Assembly (NCBI GenBank): GCA_951406725.2
Contig: OX597815.1
Span: 49,476,001 to 49,540,000 of the forward strand
Source: Octopus vulgaris
Lineage: Eukaryota
Direction: 5' to 3'
Length of the DNA: 64,000 bases
Under the pieces are notes generated by a model, which searched no databases, was not told where the DNA came from, and saw only the letters and a list, made by a program, of their open reading frames with translations. Positions 24,924 through 38,060 of the stretch are shown here, piece by piece. Every line of letters starts with the position of its first letter. The stretch's first letter is position 1. The translations under genes were made by a program, and so were the position numbers.

Positions 24924-25443
24924 TGAAGTGGTTATCTGCAAAATCCTCCCATTTTTCAAGATGTCTGTAAGGGGCCTCTTATAATGAAAAGGTTTTTATA
25001 TTGTGCATTTACTTTAGAGTATTTCATGGAGGGTTGGTTGACATGTCTTGGCATGATGTATGTTCTTTGTAAACAAAAGCCTCATGCAACTGATATCCTT
25101 TTTTCTCCAGTTCTACACATATCTGAACTGTTTACATGATAGACTAACAGGAATAATCTCAGGAAGGGGATCCAGCTGAAGGAAAGGTACTCAGATATGA
25201 TCCAAGCAAGTATGGAAAAGTAGATGTTAAGATGATGAAGTTAAGTTGTGGACTAGCAGTACGAATCACCTCTGCTGGTGCAGGCATAGTTGTATGGTAA
25301 GAGGTTTGGTTCTTAACTACATGGTTCTTGTTTCAGTCCCACTGCATGGGGAACCTGGACAAATGTTTTCTACTATAGTCTCAGGTCAAACTAAGGCTTG
25401 TTAGTAAATTTGGTAGATGGAAGCTGAAGGAAACTCATTATAT

Positions 25444-25849
25444 AGGTGCAGGAGTGGCTGTGTGGTAAGTAGCTTGCTTACCAACCACATAGTTTCGGGT
25501 TCATTCCCACTGCGTGGCACCTTGGGCAAGTGTCGTCTTTAGCCTCAGGCCAACTAAAGCCTTGTGAGTGGATTTGGTAGATGGAAACTGAAAGAAGCCC
25601 ATCGTATATATGTATATATGTATATGTATGTGTGTGTATATGTTTTTGTGTCTGTTTTTGTCCCCTCAGCATCGCTTGACAACCGTTGTTGGTGTGTTTA
25701 TGTCCCCGTAACTTAGCGTTTCAGCAAAAGAGACCGATAGAATAAGTACTAGGCTTCTAAAGAATAAGTCCTGGGGTTGATTTGCTCAACTAAAGGTGGT
25801 GCTCCAGCATGGCCACAGTCAAATGACTGAAACAAGTAAAAGAGATAAA

Positions 25850-25851
<2 letters not shown>
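25444..25851 (+). mobile_element. SINE family A, full length, nested
   Basis: Complete head to AAAAGAG tail. Confidence 0.9.
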
Positions 25852-25898
<47 letters not shown>

Positions 25899-25906
25899 CA
25901 TATATA

Positions 25907-26046
25907 TCTTTCTGTGTTCCTTTCTGTGGAAGAGCATAGGCTCAAAATGTTAAATACTTTTTCACTTCCCGAGTGTTATACTAATATATCTGTTTGTTGT
26001 CTACACCACCTGTCTTCGTCTTTAGTTTTTTTGTGAATTCTCCGTC
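25907..26046 (+). mobile_element. (TA)n-embedded mini-element with minimal hammerhead (25921-25954)
   Basis: UUU-CUGUGGA-aGAGC-AUAG-GCUC-AAAA-UG-UU-AAA; TA tracts on both sides. Confidence 0.7.
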
Positions 26047-26424
26047 TATATATATATTTCTGTGTGTGTGTGTGTGTGTGTGAGTGAGTTTTTCCACCAC
26101 CTACTGCTTGACAATCAGTGTTGGTGTATTTACATCCCCTTAACTTAGCAGTTTGGCAAAAGGGACTGATAGAATTAATACCAAGTTTAACAAAAAATAA
26201 GTACTGGTGTTGATTTATTTGACTAAAAATTCAAATGGCTATGGAGGTCCAGCAATGTAAATTAGGAATAAAAGGGGTTCCATCAGCAAAAAATGGTTGA
26301 GAACCACTGTTCAAGAATGTTGCGTATGTTTGGTGTGAGTGTGCATGAAGTTGTGAAAGGTGAAGCTCTTTGCAATTACTATATGTGACATTTGCATGTT
26401 GAAGTCTTCTATTATATTATATTT

Positions 26425-26710
26425 GTGCTGGTGCCATGTTAAAACATCCAGTCCACACTGTAATGTGGTTGGCATCTGGAAGGGCATCCAGCTGTAAAAA
26501 ATCTTGCCAAAACTAACTTCGCCTGTGCTAGTGCACTGAGTCCACTCTACACAGTGGTTGGTTTTAGGAAGGACATCCAGCCATAAAATCCCTGCCAAAA
26601 CAGACACAGCAGCCTTGCATAGATTTTCTACCTGGCCAGCTCCTATCAACCATCCTACCCATGCATGCCTGGAAGATGGACATTAAATGATGATGATGAT
26701 GATGATGATG
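26425..26710 (+). mobile_element. retroposon family D
   Basis: Duplicated GTGGTTGG..GAAGG(G/A)CATCCAGC block and (GAT)n tail. Confidence 0.7.
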
Positions 26711-26956
26711 TGTAGGCACTACATAGATGTGGCCTGCTTCCAGGCTGTGATGGGTAAAGTTTAGTGTTATGTGTTCTGTGTAGTGTAGACACATTTAGGA
26801 CCCAGGCTACACTGACACAAATCTTGACCCATATTAATGTAATGTTTGCATACTAATGTTGTTTTGCCATAAATCTCTCTAATTTTGGTGCCTGAGATTG
26901 CACTAAGTATGTTTACCACGACTTCTACACATGCTGTAAATGTTGAACATGTGTAG

Positions 26957-27117
26957 AAGGCACATGCATGGCTGTGTGGTTAAGAAGTTTACTTCCCGAC
27001 CACATGATTTTGAGTTCAGTCCCACAATGTGGAACAATGGGCAAGTGTCTTCAACAACAGCTCCAAGCTGACCAAAGCCTTGCAGGCGAATTTGGTGGGT
27101 GAATATTGAAACCCTTC

Positions 27118-27196
<79 letters not shown>

Positions 27197-27440
27197 GTTT
27201 GTGTTTCCTTGTGTTGAAATCACATTAGTGTTGTAAATGAGTGTCACTATCACACAAGCAATTTAATTCATTTCTATTATTCTGCATAAACATGTCTGGC
27301 TATGGGGAAACCTTGTTTGGAAACTAGAGAGTGTTGACAACGTGTATGGCATCTGTCCAGAAAAAATGGGCTTCACAAAACTCTGTCTGACCCTTGCAAA
27401 CACAGAAAGCTGAACTATAAAAAACAATAGTTAACGATGA
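26957..27440 (+). mobile_element. SINE family A head joined, after (TG)n, to a different tail
   Basis: Family A head and core to ~27120, then (TG)n, then sequence unlike the family A 3' half. Confidence 0.55.
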
Positions 27441-27600
27441 TGTTGAAACCAACAAAGAAGCCCCTATGTAGTCATTTTCTTGCTAAAAATAGCAACACAA
27501 TCTTCCTCAAACTTCACTCTGCTATCATAAAATAGTTGAGCATACTGATTCAAAGGTTTTTGTTTTTCCAAATGTAATAACTTATTGTGGAAGTTATTAA

Positions 27601-28175
27601 ATCCTTTAGCATTTAAAGTGACCATGCCCAGCTAAAATATTCTGCTTCTGTTATGTTTAAACTGGCCATGTCCAACATCTCACACCTACCCTACAATGTC
27701 ATTCTAAAAATAAACAACCACATCATCAAAATCTTGAAGTCACAAGATAGTGCATGACTAATTCAAAACAATGTGAATAAATAAGTATTACATTTGACAG
27801 AATAGGAGAAGGGGAGACCCCCTTCGGTCATGAATGATCATGGGATTGCACCTAGAAAGTTACACTCCGAGGAACAAGTCAGGGCAAGATTGTTTGTGGA
27901 GGGCCAGCAGTCACCCATGCGTACCAGCCTCCCCTCTCCACATCACTGATGTTATCCAAAGGAAAGGCAAAGGCCAATACAGCTTGGCACCTGTGATGTC
28001 GCAACTCATTTCTACAGCTGAGTTAACTGGAGCAATGTGAAATAAAGTGTCTTGCTCAAGAACACAACACACAGCCCAGTCTGGGAATCGAACTCACAAC
28101 CTCACGATTGTAAGCTATGCTCTAACCACTGAGCCATGCACCTTCATTTGACAGAATAACCTGAATGCTAAAGGG
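27601..28175. mobile_element. piggyBac-type MITE interrupted by a SINE
   Basis: TTAA..CCTTTAGCATT / AATGCTAAAGGG|TTAA. Confidence 0.8.
27805..28144 (-). mobile_element. SINE family B (tail type 2) with 14-bp TSD
   Basis: TGGCTCAGTGGTTAG / GAGTTCGATTCC boxes; CATTTGACAGAATA duplicated at 27791-27804 and 28145-28158. Confidence 0.9.
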
Positions 28176-28535
28176 TTAAATCTGTCTGTATCATAAAACT
28201 CATCCTTTACATGCATATCCTCTGATGTAATATATGTTTATTATAAAAAAAAACTGACTGTCATGTAATTCATATACAAGCATTTTGACATTTGTTGGGG
28301 TGGGGGCCAGTGGATAATAATTTTATGTAACCGAAAAAATGTTACCACTTCCTGTAGACATTTATTTTACAATAAACTAGTTTCTATTGTGTATTTATTT
28401 TCCTGTTTCCTGTACATCCTATAAACTCAAAATAAATATCAAATAGAATAATCATACCAGAAGTTTCATCATATATATAACTGCAATTATAAAGCTTGAT
28501 AGACTTTGTCCAACATTGAATTTTATTGGGATCAT

Positions 28536-28692
28536 TGTGTGGTAAGTAGCTTGCTTACTAACCACATGGTTCCGGGTTCAGTACCACTGCGTGGCACCTT
28601 GGGCAAGTGTCTTCTACTATAGCCTTGGGCTGACCAAAGCCTTGTGAGTTGATTTGGTAGACAGAAACTGAAAGAAGCCCGTCATATATATG

Positions 28693-28723
<31 letters not shown>

Positions 28724-28940
28724 ATATGTTTGTGTGTCTGTGTTTGCCCCCCCCCCCCCCCAACATTGCTTGACAACCGTTGCTAGTGTGTTTACGTCCC
28801 CATAACTTAGTGATTCATCAAGAGAGACCGATAGAATAAGTACTAGGCTTACAGAGAATAAGTCCTGGGTTCGATTTGCTCGACTGAAGGTGGTTCTCCA
28901 GCATGGCTGCAGTAAAATAACTGAAACAGGTAAAAGAGTA
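28536..28940 (+). mobile_element. SINE family A
   Basis: Homology to 44465. Confidence 0.88.
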
Positions 28941-29554
28941 CATAATATTTTTACCCTTAAAAAAAAATAATTAATTTCTGCCTTACATAACTCCAGAAAC
29001 TGACTGGAGTAACTTCTGGTATTGTAACAAAAAAAAAAAAAGAAGAAGAAGAAGAAGAAAATGTTGAAGCATATGAAACAGAAACCAAAATATGTATTTT
29101 ATAAAATACTTATTACTACAGAGAGACATTCAGAAACTTACGCAGTTTTTGTTGTTTTGTTTCCAAATAAACATTTGTCCAGACAAAACAACAGCCCTAT
29201 TTGACCCAAAGTTCCCAACAGTTGAAAGAAATAAAAGAAAGAAAGAAAGAAAGTAGAAAATAGAAAAGATAACACTAAACTAAATAAATTTATAAGAATT
29301 TGTCTGTCTGCTCTGTGATTGAATTCAAATTTTACATTTAATGCCTCAAATTTACGGTGTTGATTAATCAGAAAGCTCATAAATCCCAACACTGCTAAGT
29401 TTGGTTAATCGAAACTTTATGTCAGTCATAAATTTGTAGCTTTAAATAAAAGTAATCAAACTACCATGTGTACTCATGATAGTGGTGGTGGTGGTGGTGG
29501 TAGTGACTGCATCAGTGGTGGTGGTGGTGGTGGTAGTTAAGCTGGAAATGGCAT

Positions 29555-29588
<34 letters not shown>

Positions 29589-30080
29589 AGAGGTGGTGGT
29601 GGTGGGAATAGAAAGGGGTGACAGAAGCTGGGTAGAAGCTGGGTATTATAAGAAACATTTTAAAGGTGACCGAAGTGATGGCAGTGGGGGTCAAGGGAGT
29701 GCTGGCAATGTTGGCAGAGATAATAAGGGGTTATAAAGATGGATATACTAAGGGGTAGTAGTGTTAATACAATTTGTAATGATAGTGACGGCAGTAGTGA
29801 CAGCTCTGATAGTGTTGATGCTATTGTTATTGTTGGCAGCAGAAACAATAATAGTCTGGTGAGATGAGGATGCTCCTCCCTGCTCTCAACTTCTGCTGCA
29901 CTGTGCCTCACCAGTTGACTGTTGGCTACACTTTCTACAAACTTCTTGCTTGTTGGCAAGAAGACATTTGGGCATTCCGTGTATGTATATATATGTATAT
30001 GTGTGTGTTATTGTTATTATTGTTGTTGTTCTTGCTATTATTATTATTATCATTACTACTATCATTACTATTATCCTTAC

Positions 30081-30129
<49 letters not shown>

Positions 30130-31730
30130 ATTATTATTATTATTATTATTATTATGATTATTGTTACTATTATTACTATTATTATTATTATTATTTTTAT
30201 TATTATTATTATTATCATTATTATTGTTGTTGTTGTTATTTTAGATTGGGGTGGAGAAATCAAAAAGTACTATACTTTGCTAAACTTTGATTACTGAATG
30301 ATGGTGGTAGTGGTGGTGGTAAGGAAGGAAGGAATGAAGGAAGGAAGGCAAGAAGGAAGGAAGGAAGAAAGGAAGGAAGGAAGGAAGGAAGGGGGGGCCT
30401 GTGAGGCATTATTGACTTAGAGGCGTCACCGATAATTTACACACAAAGGTCAGGAACAATATAATTTAGACACTGACAGATGAGAAATATAAAAGGAGAG
30501 AAATTTGAATGCTCAATGGTGAAAGTACCTAAACCATTGGTTTAAAAGAATTAACATTGTACCCAAAGAAAGACGTATAATTTAGGATATTTGCTAAATA
30601 CAGAGTATACATCTCTGGATACGTTGCACCCCGGATACATTAGGCTCATTCTTATCTGAAACACTTAACATCTTCACTGTTATTTCTGACTGTTTCTACT
30701 GAAATGGCAAACCAAGTATACCACCCACCACCAACATTGTAATTAATTATTTCTCAATTATAATGACCTCTGCACACTTAGGATTTTATAAGCAACAAAC
30801 TGTTAGGTTCGCAATCTCTCTTTCTCCCCACTCTTTCAACACACATAAACATATACACACAAATCTCTTGTTGAGTATCTCAAATCATTTTGATTTCCTA
30901 TATCTTGAAAACTATAAAAGCCATTAAGAAACCTACTTCAAATGTCTTTATACCCTTCACCAACTCTGCCTTTCAGTAACCATCAGCAAGTTTCTTTCAT
31001 AACTGGATCGTTCATAGATGGTTCAAATTCTTGTATGATTTTTGAAAAAGTTGTTTGATACCCAAATCAGATCCTACCATTGCTAGTGCTATGTAAAAAG
31101 GTACTCAGTCAACTCTTTAAGGTGGTTGACATAAGGGCACACATCCAGCTGCAAAAACCATGCCAAAACAAGCCTCACCGGTACTGGTACCAAGTGAAAA
31201 GCACTCAGTCCACTGTGTAAGGTGGTTGGCATTAAGAAGGGCATCCATGCCAAAACATCCAACCCATGCCAGCATGGAAAATGAACGTTAAATAATGATG
31301 ATGTTTCTTATCTTAAAGTTTAGCTAAGATTTTGAAAGTCTCTGCAAAATGGCCTGTAAAGGAAGCATGATCAGAGCTAATAAACAAAAAGCAACAGCAA
31401 TTGTAGAGTTCTTATAATGCTACATCAATAATCCATGAGAAAAACTACTTTATAGAATTTACAGCTTTATATGCCACTAGAAATTTGTTGCTTTGTAGCT
31501 TTGAGTCAACCCAGATCAAACAGGTCTATTCCATGTTGATGTTTAAATAAAAAAACAAACAGATTTATCTATGTGTCCAATTTTTATTTAACTTGCATTC
31601 CAGCTGTAGCCAGCTTGTCTTCCATTTTGGAGCATTATATCTATAGACTTGTTGTTCTATATTTAAGAGATGAGGAATTATGTACAATATTTACATTTGA
31701 TGGATATTTGTCCTCATCTTGTTTGTTGTT

Positions 31731-31776
31731 AACACAACGTTTTGGCTGATATTCCCTCCAACCTTCATCAGGTGTC
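31731..31776 (-). ncRNA. minimal type I hammerhead motif (G12A)
   Basis: GACAC-CUGAUGA-aGGUUG..CAGCC-AAAA-CG-UU-GUGUU. Confidence 0.75.
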
Positions 31777-31828
31777 TTGGGGAAATTTCAAACCTGGTTT
31801 CTTTATCCTAAGGTAGTTTTCGATGTCG

Positions 31829-31876
<48 letters not shown>

Positions 31877-31907
31877 TATCATATATATATATATATGTAT
31901 ATATGCA

Positions 31908-32122
31908 TATAAAGTTAATCCAAACAAGAAAGCACAAAAAAACACAACAACGCGAGGACATGGAACAAATATAGTATTATTGGACGCTCAGGAAAGAAGG
32001 AAAGAAGGAGGGTTTAACGTTTTGAGCGGAGCTCTTCGTCGGAAACATAGGAGAAGGAAAGATCCAGAGAAGGGAAGACAGAGGAAAAAAAAATCGCCAA
32101 CGGTACACACGAGGTCACATTT
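31908..32122 (-). mobile_element. (TA)n-embedded mini-element with minimal hammerhead (32012-32046)
   Basis: GUUU-CCGACGA-aGAGC-UCC-GCUC-AAAA-CG-UU-AAAC. Confidence 0.7.
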
Positions 32123-32179
32123 TTGTATCTATGTATGTATGCATGTATGTATTTATGTATGTATGCATTTATATATATA

Positions 32180-32408
32180 TGTGTGTGTGTGTCTTTGTGC
32201 CAGTGTTTGTCCCTCCATCACCGTTTGACAAGCAGTGTTGGTGTGTTTATGACCCCATAACTTAGCAGTTTGACAAAAGAACTGATAGAATAAGTACTAA
32301 GCTTAAGAAATAAGTGATGGGAGTCAATTTGTTCAACTAAAACTCTTCTACCGGTGCTCCAGCATGGCTGCAATCAAATGACTGAAACAAGTAAAAGAAT
32401 AAAAGAAT
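32180..32408 (+). mobile_element. SINE family A 3' half
   Basis: GTTGGTGTGTTTA..GATAGAATAAGTACT..GACTGAAACAAGTAAAAGA. Confidence 0.8.
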
Positions 32409-32733
32409 AAATATTTTGCGTATTGTAGAAGTATAAGCTATTTATTGCAAATAAAATTTGGCCATAAAAATCTTATATGGACCCTCAAGGGTTAAGTGGA
32501 CCCTAGTTGTGAAACACTGGGTTACATGAATAAGGGTATCTGAGTACCCAATTTTTACCTCAACTAGCATTTGAACTGTATCCATCCTGTCTTTTCTTAT
32601 GGTACATTTTATCTATGGATTTGGAACTGATATTCTTGCTTGACTTCATACTAGCTCTGCTAGCATTCAAGCAGTGACAATCCGATTTTTACTTTCAGGC
32701 AGTGTGCATTTAATACAGGATCATCTTATTTAA

Positions 32734-32935
32734 TTCTTTAGCATTCAGATTATTTTGTTAAATATAATGCTTATTTATTCACATTGTTTTGAATTAATCA
32801 TGTATTATCTCATATCTGAGATTTCAATGATGTGATTGTATGTTTGGAATGACATGTAGCACAGGTGTGAGAGGCCAGACCTGGTCAGCTTGAACATAAA
32901 AGGAGAAGATTATTTCAGTTGGATATGCTAAAGGG
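32734..32935. mobile_element. piggyBac-type MITE
   Basis: TTAA|TTCTTTAGCATT ... ATGCTAAAGGG|TTAA; reverse orientation relative to 27601. Confidence 0.78.
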
Positions 32936-33277
32936 TTAACTATATACTTTCCTTGCAGGACACACTTTGAGAGTATGATATCCTTAGCAATACGAGATTT
33001 GCTGGGGTAAACAACTCAGGTTTAGATATCATTACATATGGTTCCCAAAGAAATATCTTTGAAAGATGTAACAGTTGCATTAGCAGGTGGAGATGCCATG
33101 TAGAATCTCATTTGTTCAACTAGTTTGCTTTGATACTGCCTTTTACCATAGATTGCTTGAGAGAAGTAACTGGTATTTTGTACACAACATTGCCAAAACA
33201 GGAGATATAGTAAACAAACAAAACAAAAAAAGAAAGAAAATAAAGAAAGGAAGAAAAAACAAAGAATAATAATGACG

Positions 33278-33340
<63 letters not shown>

Positions 33341-33540
33341 GTAATAATAAAGAAACTATTTTGTTACAAATACAAATACAATGCTATATGAGACAGACAT
33401 GATACATTTGTGTAAAAAAAGGAGACACAGAGACAGCAAAGTCTTTGTTCAAAGTATAAAAACAAAGAAGCAATAATTTCTTTTATTAAATGTTCAGTAA
33501 AAGATCAAGATAGTGAAAGTAATACATTCAAACATATATA

Positions 33541-33597
<57 letters not shown>

Positions 33598-33781
33598 CTC
33601 TTTATCTATATATGTATGTAAACACATGCCAATAAACCACAGAAATACAAGCATGTTGCCACATTTTTCAACAACTTTTCTCTTTACTGAGTCAAAACAC
33701 AAATCAGTTCTTTTGTTTCACTTTCATGGCTGAAATAATTTGTCTGCAATAATGACTGCTGTTTCTAATGCTTCTTTACAG

Positions 33782-33817
33782 ATTTGATGACAGACCAATA
33801 GCTGTCCACCATGAAAG
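33782..33817 (+). CDS. candidate 36-nt frame-preserving microexon (phase 2-2: xFDDRPIAVHHEx), host gene unknown
   Basis: Branch-like CTAAT + TGCTTCTTTACAG acceptor; AAG|GTTTTT donor (weak); open frame. Confidence 0.38.
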
Positions 33818-34093
33818 GTTTTTATCATTCTCCACCTCCATCAATCTCCTCCTGCTCCTCTTCCCCCTCCCGCCTTCTCTCCTTTCTCCTCCTCTGCTTT
33901 GTCATCCTCAACAGTAACAATAGGATATCTTTGTATCAAGTGAATCAGAACATGGATATTTTTTATTTAAGAATCAGGCAGAGAATAAACAAGATTGCAA
34001 ATTTCTAATCTTTTCAGCTATCAATAACCTTGCCTCAGATTGACTATGGTGCCACCTAACAGGCAACAACAACAACAACAACAACAATAATAA

Positions 34094-34695
34094 GGTATGG
34101 CTGTGTGGTAAGAAGTTTGCTTCCCAACCACATGGTTCTGGGTTCAGTTTCACTGTGTCACACCTGCTTATCTTCTACTATAGCTTTGGGCTGACCAAAG
34201 CCTTATGAGTGAATTTGGTAGATGGAAACTGAAAGAAGCTCATCGTGTAGATATATATAGATATATATATATATATATATATAGATATATATATATAGAT
34301 ATATATGATACAAAATGGGTCAAGAACGCAAAACATCCAGACAGTTGGGTGATACAAAAATGGGGCAACATAACATCCAGATAGACGATACAAAGAAAAC
34401 AAGGACAGGTCATTCGAACTTTTTTATCCTCAGTCAAGTACCAGATTATCTTCACAATTTCGGCTATATGTATATTTATGTGTGTCTTTGTGTCTATGTT
34501 TATCCCCCCACCATCGCTTGACAACCGATGTTGGTGTGTTTATGTTCCTTAAACTTAGTGGTTCAGCAAAAGTGACTGATAGAATGAATACTAGGCTTAC
34601 AAAGAATAAGTCCTGGGGTCAATTTCTTCAACTATGGGTAGTGCTCCTGTATGGTCACAGTTAAATGACTGAAACGTGTAAAAGAGTAAAAGAGT
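34094..34695 (+). mobile_element. SINE family A with an insertion (34308-34464) in its TA tract
   Basis: 5' and 3' halves flank a fragment homologous to 2806-2960. Confidence 0.8.
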
Positions 34696-34894
34696 GATAA
34701 TAATCCTTTCTTGTTTTGGCCCAAGGCCAGGAATTTTGAGGGGTGGAGAAATTGATTATATCAACCCCAGTGTTCAACTGGTACTTATTTTCTAAATCCT
34801 GAAAGGTGGAATTTGAACTCAGAATGTAAAGAGCCACAAGAAATAAAACTAAGCATTTTATCTGGAATGCTAATGCTACAGCCAACTCACTGTC

Positions 34895-34928
<34 letters not shown>

Positions 34929-34977
34929 TAATAATAACGATAATAATAATGATAATAATAATAATGATAATAATAAA

Positions 34978-35074
34978 TGCCTCGATGCAGTACCAGACAG
35001 TGGCTCTCATGGCTTTTGATCTTAGCTGATTGGAAGTATTATCATATACATTGTTTTGTCTTTGTATAAAAGAT
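34978..35074 (+). mobile_element. family E 5' fragment
   Basis: TGCCTCGATGCAGTACCAGACAGTGGCTCTCATGG after (AAT)n; truncated by a LINE relic. Confidence 0.8.
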
Positions 35075-36140
35075 GATAACAGCTGTTCAGTATTGCACCA
35101 CATGCCAGCCATACTCAGTAACTCTGACTACATGAAGAATAATTTTGTCACTCTATGTGTATCTTGGGCAGGCCTGACAGACTGAACTTACATGCCTGAA
35201 GAGCTTACCTTGAACCACTAATCCTCCTAACCTCAAGTAACACTCATAGACCAAAGACTTTGGGAGGTTATTCATTACTCCTGAGTCAAAAGTGCTCCAG
35301 AATAAATTACTTAGCTGGTCATCACTTATATCTATTGTTCCCCAGAGAATGTTATCATTCGAACCCAACACTAACTCTTTATAGAATGGTACTCTAGATG
35401 TTCCACCAAACATATTCCCCAACTGGGAGAAAACTGTATGTATCTTACAGCATTTAAAATGCCTGGCCAGACATCCAGTTCTCATCTACACTTGGCCTGA
35501 AGACTCAACTTCATCGAATGGATGAGTTGAGGAAAAAAATATTTGACAAATGTCTCACCACACCTAATTACTATTTATGAACTTCTGCAGATGTTGTAGC
35601 TTTAACACATGCCTATGAGTCAAGATCATAGCATACTGAATGCTCTGAGCAGGTGTTGGTAGCAAATGAAATTTCTGGCAGAAAAAGCCAACCTTTCATG
35701 GGATGCTAAAGAAGCAAATGCACCAACATGATCATAAACAATCTGGGACATGGAATGATGGTTAGGTGATAATAGATCATGGATATCATATCTATCTGAT
35801 AGCTTCCCCTTAGATCACTTCTGGATGGGACTAGCTACCCTCCCTGTAACCTTGTCTCAGTTCCTAATGACCTGGAGATTGGAATTGAACCAGATCCCAA
35901 TTATCTTACCTTATTGATATGGACTTGCTTTTCTCTGTGCTGAGCTGAAAACTGTCTGATTTGTCCTGGTCAGTGTGTGCACCTGTGGTTTAAGAATCAA
36001 GGCATATACAAGTAATATGAGAGACAGTCTTGACGAACCAGATGCACAAGGCTAAATGATTCTAAATGGTGGCTGTTTACCACATCCACAAGCAAATGGA
36101 TGTCACTCTACAATATATCAACCAAGTTCTTGAATCCTGG
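35075..36140 (-). mobile_element. L1/Tx1-clade LINE ORF2 relic
   Basis: VRQDCLS..YALILKP (RT motif QGCPLSPLLY..LEP), KIIGIWF..N*DKVTGRV, IYYHLTIIPCP, and zinc-binding VQGKLFRH..CPR..DKIILH. Confidence 0.75.
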
Positions 36141-36328
36141 ATTAAAACCAGTCGCATGCACATTATTATTACTTGTTCTTGGGCAAGAATAAATGACTTT
36201 CAGATGGCTCTCTAGAAAATTTACCCTGTGGAACATGATTTTTATCCTTGGGTAGCAACTATTATTTCTTATTTGCTTACTCCTAGAAAGTATGAGAAAT
36301 AACTAATATTTCCTTCAAACTTTGCTTT

Positions 36329-36505
36329 TGTTACATTTATTCAAACCCAAAAGAATTGCTCTCAAAACATGGCTATGATACTCCCCTACTACTCCTGCTT
36401 ATGATCAGAGGTGTACATATTGTCAGCCACTAAGGGACATGCTCAAGTGGTTAAAGTCCAACAGCCAACAAGCAAATCTTTGGTACTGAGCAGAATATTT
36501 GCTAT
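36329..36505 (-). mobile_element. family E internal fragment
   Basis: Reverse complement of the GCAAATATTCTGCTCA..CATAGCCATG block. Confidence 0.75.
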
Positions 36506-37821
36506 AACAATATTTTTGCTTCAGTAACTCAGTACTGAATCTGTCTGTAATGTAATTGAAAATAGGTCAGTTTCAAAACATTGATGTCCAGGTGATAAGA
36601 GCAAAGTTTGAAGGGAATAGTAGTCATGTACTTTGATTTCTAGATAGAAGCAAATAAGAATTAACACTTCCTGACCAAAGACAGGAATAAAAAAAATTTG
36701 TTACACAGTGTTATTAAGCTTTGCAACAACTGAGTGTCCAACCTGTTTACCTTGGATGGAAAAAAGTCAGATTTCTTCTTTAGCATATTTCTATTATATT
36801 TTGTAAACATTCATTTATTTGTGCAACAATATGGCTTCATTCTCTGGAGTAGCAGTAAGGAGTATTTGGCAAAAGGCTGGAGTATATTACATACTACCAA
36901 AATTTCAAAAGTATTTTCAAAAATTTTGTAAGTAAGAGAATGAATTTGAAAAAAAAACAACAAACAAAATGGAAAAAAAACATATCACTTAAACAAATAC
37001 CAGCCTTACACTGCTCAAAATGTGTGGCAGTTCCACAAACAGCAATCAAAAATGAAGGTGGCAATTTAGATTGTAAATTTTGCTGTTGTCACAGAAATGA
37101 AAAATAAATGGAGGGAAGGCATGTCATGAAATGTTCTGCTACCTTGCCTGACGATTTTATTAAAGAAAATGCAAGAAAGTGACATGCCTTTTCCACTGGA
37201 AAGACAGAGGAGCTTTCTGTATACCCCCAAAACACACAGTTAAAGAAGTCTCTGGTTAATGTATTGAAGGCTGTGATTTACAATAAGTGAAGTAGGATAC
37301 ATTGGAATGTGTGCCTTGTGTGGATGACTGTGTTAAAGGCAAGGTGACAGGCCACATCAGGTTGCCACACACTATCCATATAGGCTGCTACTACAAAATA
37401 TGGGGTGGCGGAAAATGAGGTTCATAGTCAAAAATTATTAGCAGTAATACTGACTTGGCTCATAACATCACTCTGAAGACCTGGCAAGGTAGAGAGAAAG
37501 TAGGGAAGAGAGGGAGAGCAGACTATTGCAGAGCTAGCTACAACAAACAGCAGGAGGACAATAAACTACTGTTTTCAGAACATAATCAGTCTTAGCTCTG
37601 ACTATATCAACAATGGAAAATTCATCTCATCTTTAGTATCTGGAACCAACAGACATTATTATTGTCACTTTTAAGGCAGTTAGCTGGCAAAATCATTAGC
37701 ACTCCAGACAAAACGCTTATCAACATTTTAACCAGCTTTAATGTTCTCAGTTTAAATTCTGTCATAGTTGGCTTTGCCTTTCATCCTTTTGGGTTCAATA
37801 AAATAAGTACCAGCCAAATAA

Positions 37822-38060
37822 AGGTGGCTTAGTGGTTAGGGTGCTGGATTCATAGTCATAAGATTGTGGTTTCAATTCCTAGACCGAGTGATGTGTTGTG
37901 TTCTTGAGTAAAACACTTCATTTCACATTGCTCCAGTCCACTCAGCTGGCAAAACTGAGTAATCCTGTGATGAATCGGCGTCCCGTCCAGGTGGGGAATT
38001 TATACGCCACTGAATCCAGGAAACCGGCCCTTATGAACCTGGCACAGCTTGAGAAGGAAA
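37822..38060 (+). mobile_element. SINE family B (tail type 3)
   Basis: Same head and core, then CCTGTGATGAATCGGCGTCCCGTCCAGG tail. Confidence 0.8.

Larger units (their letters stand above)
25277..26230 (+). mobile_element. older SINE family A copy split by nested insertions
   Basis: 5' half at 25277-25440, 3' half at 26058-26230. Confidence 0.7.

Noticed and set aside
29142-29196. Minus-strand 55-nt segment ending at a GTAAGT donor
   Set aside because: Poor acceptor and no recognisable peptide in any frame
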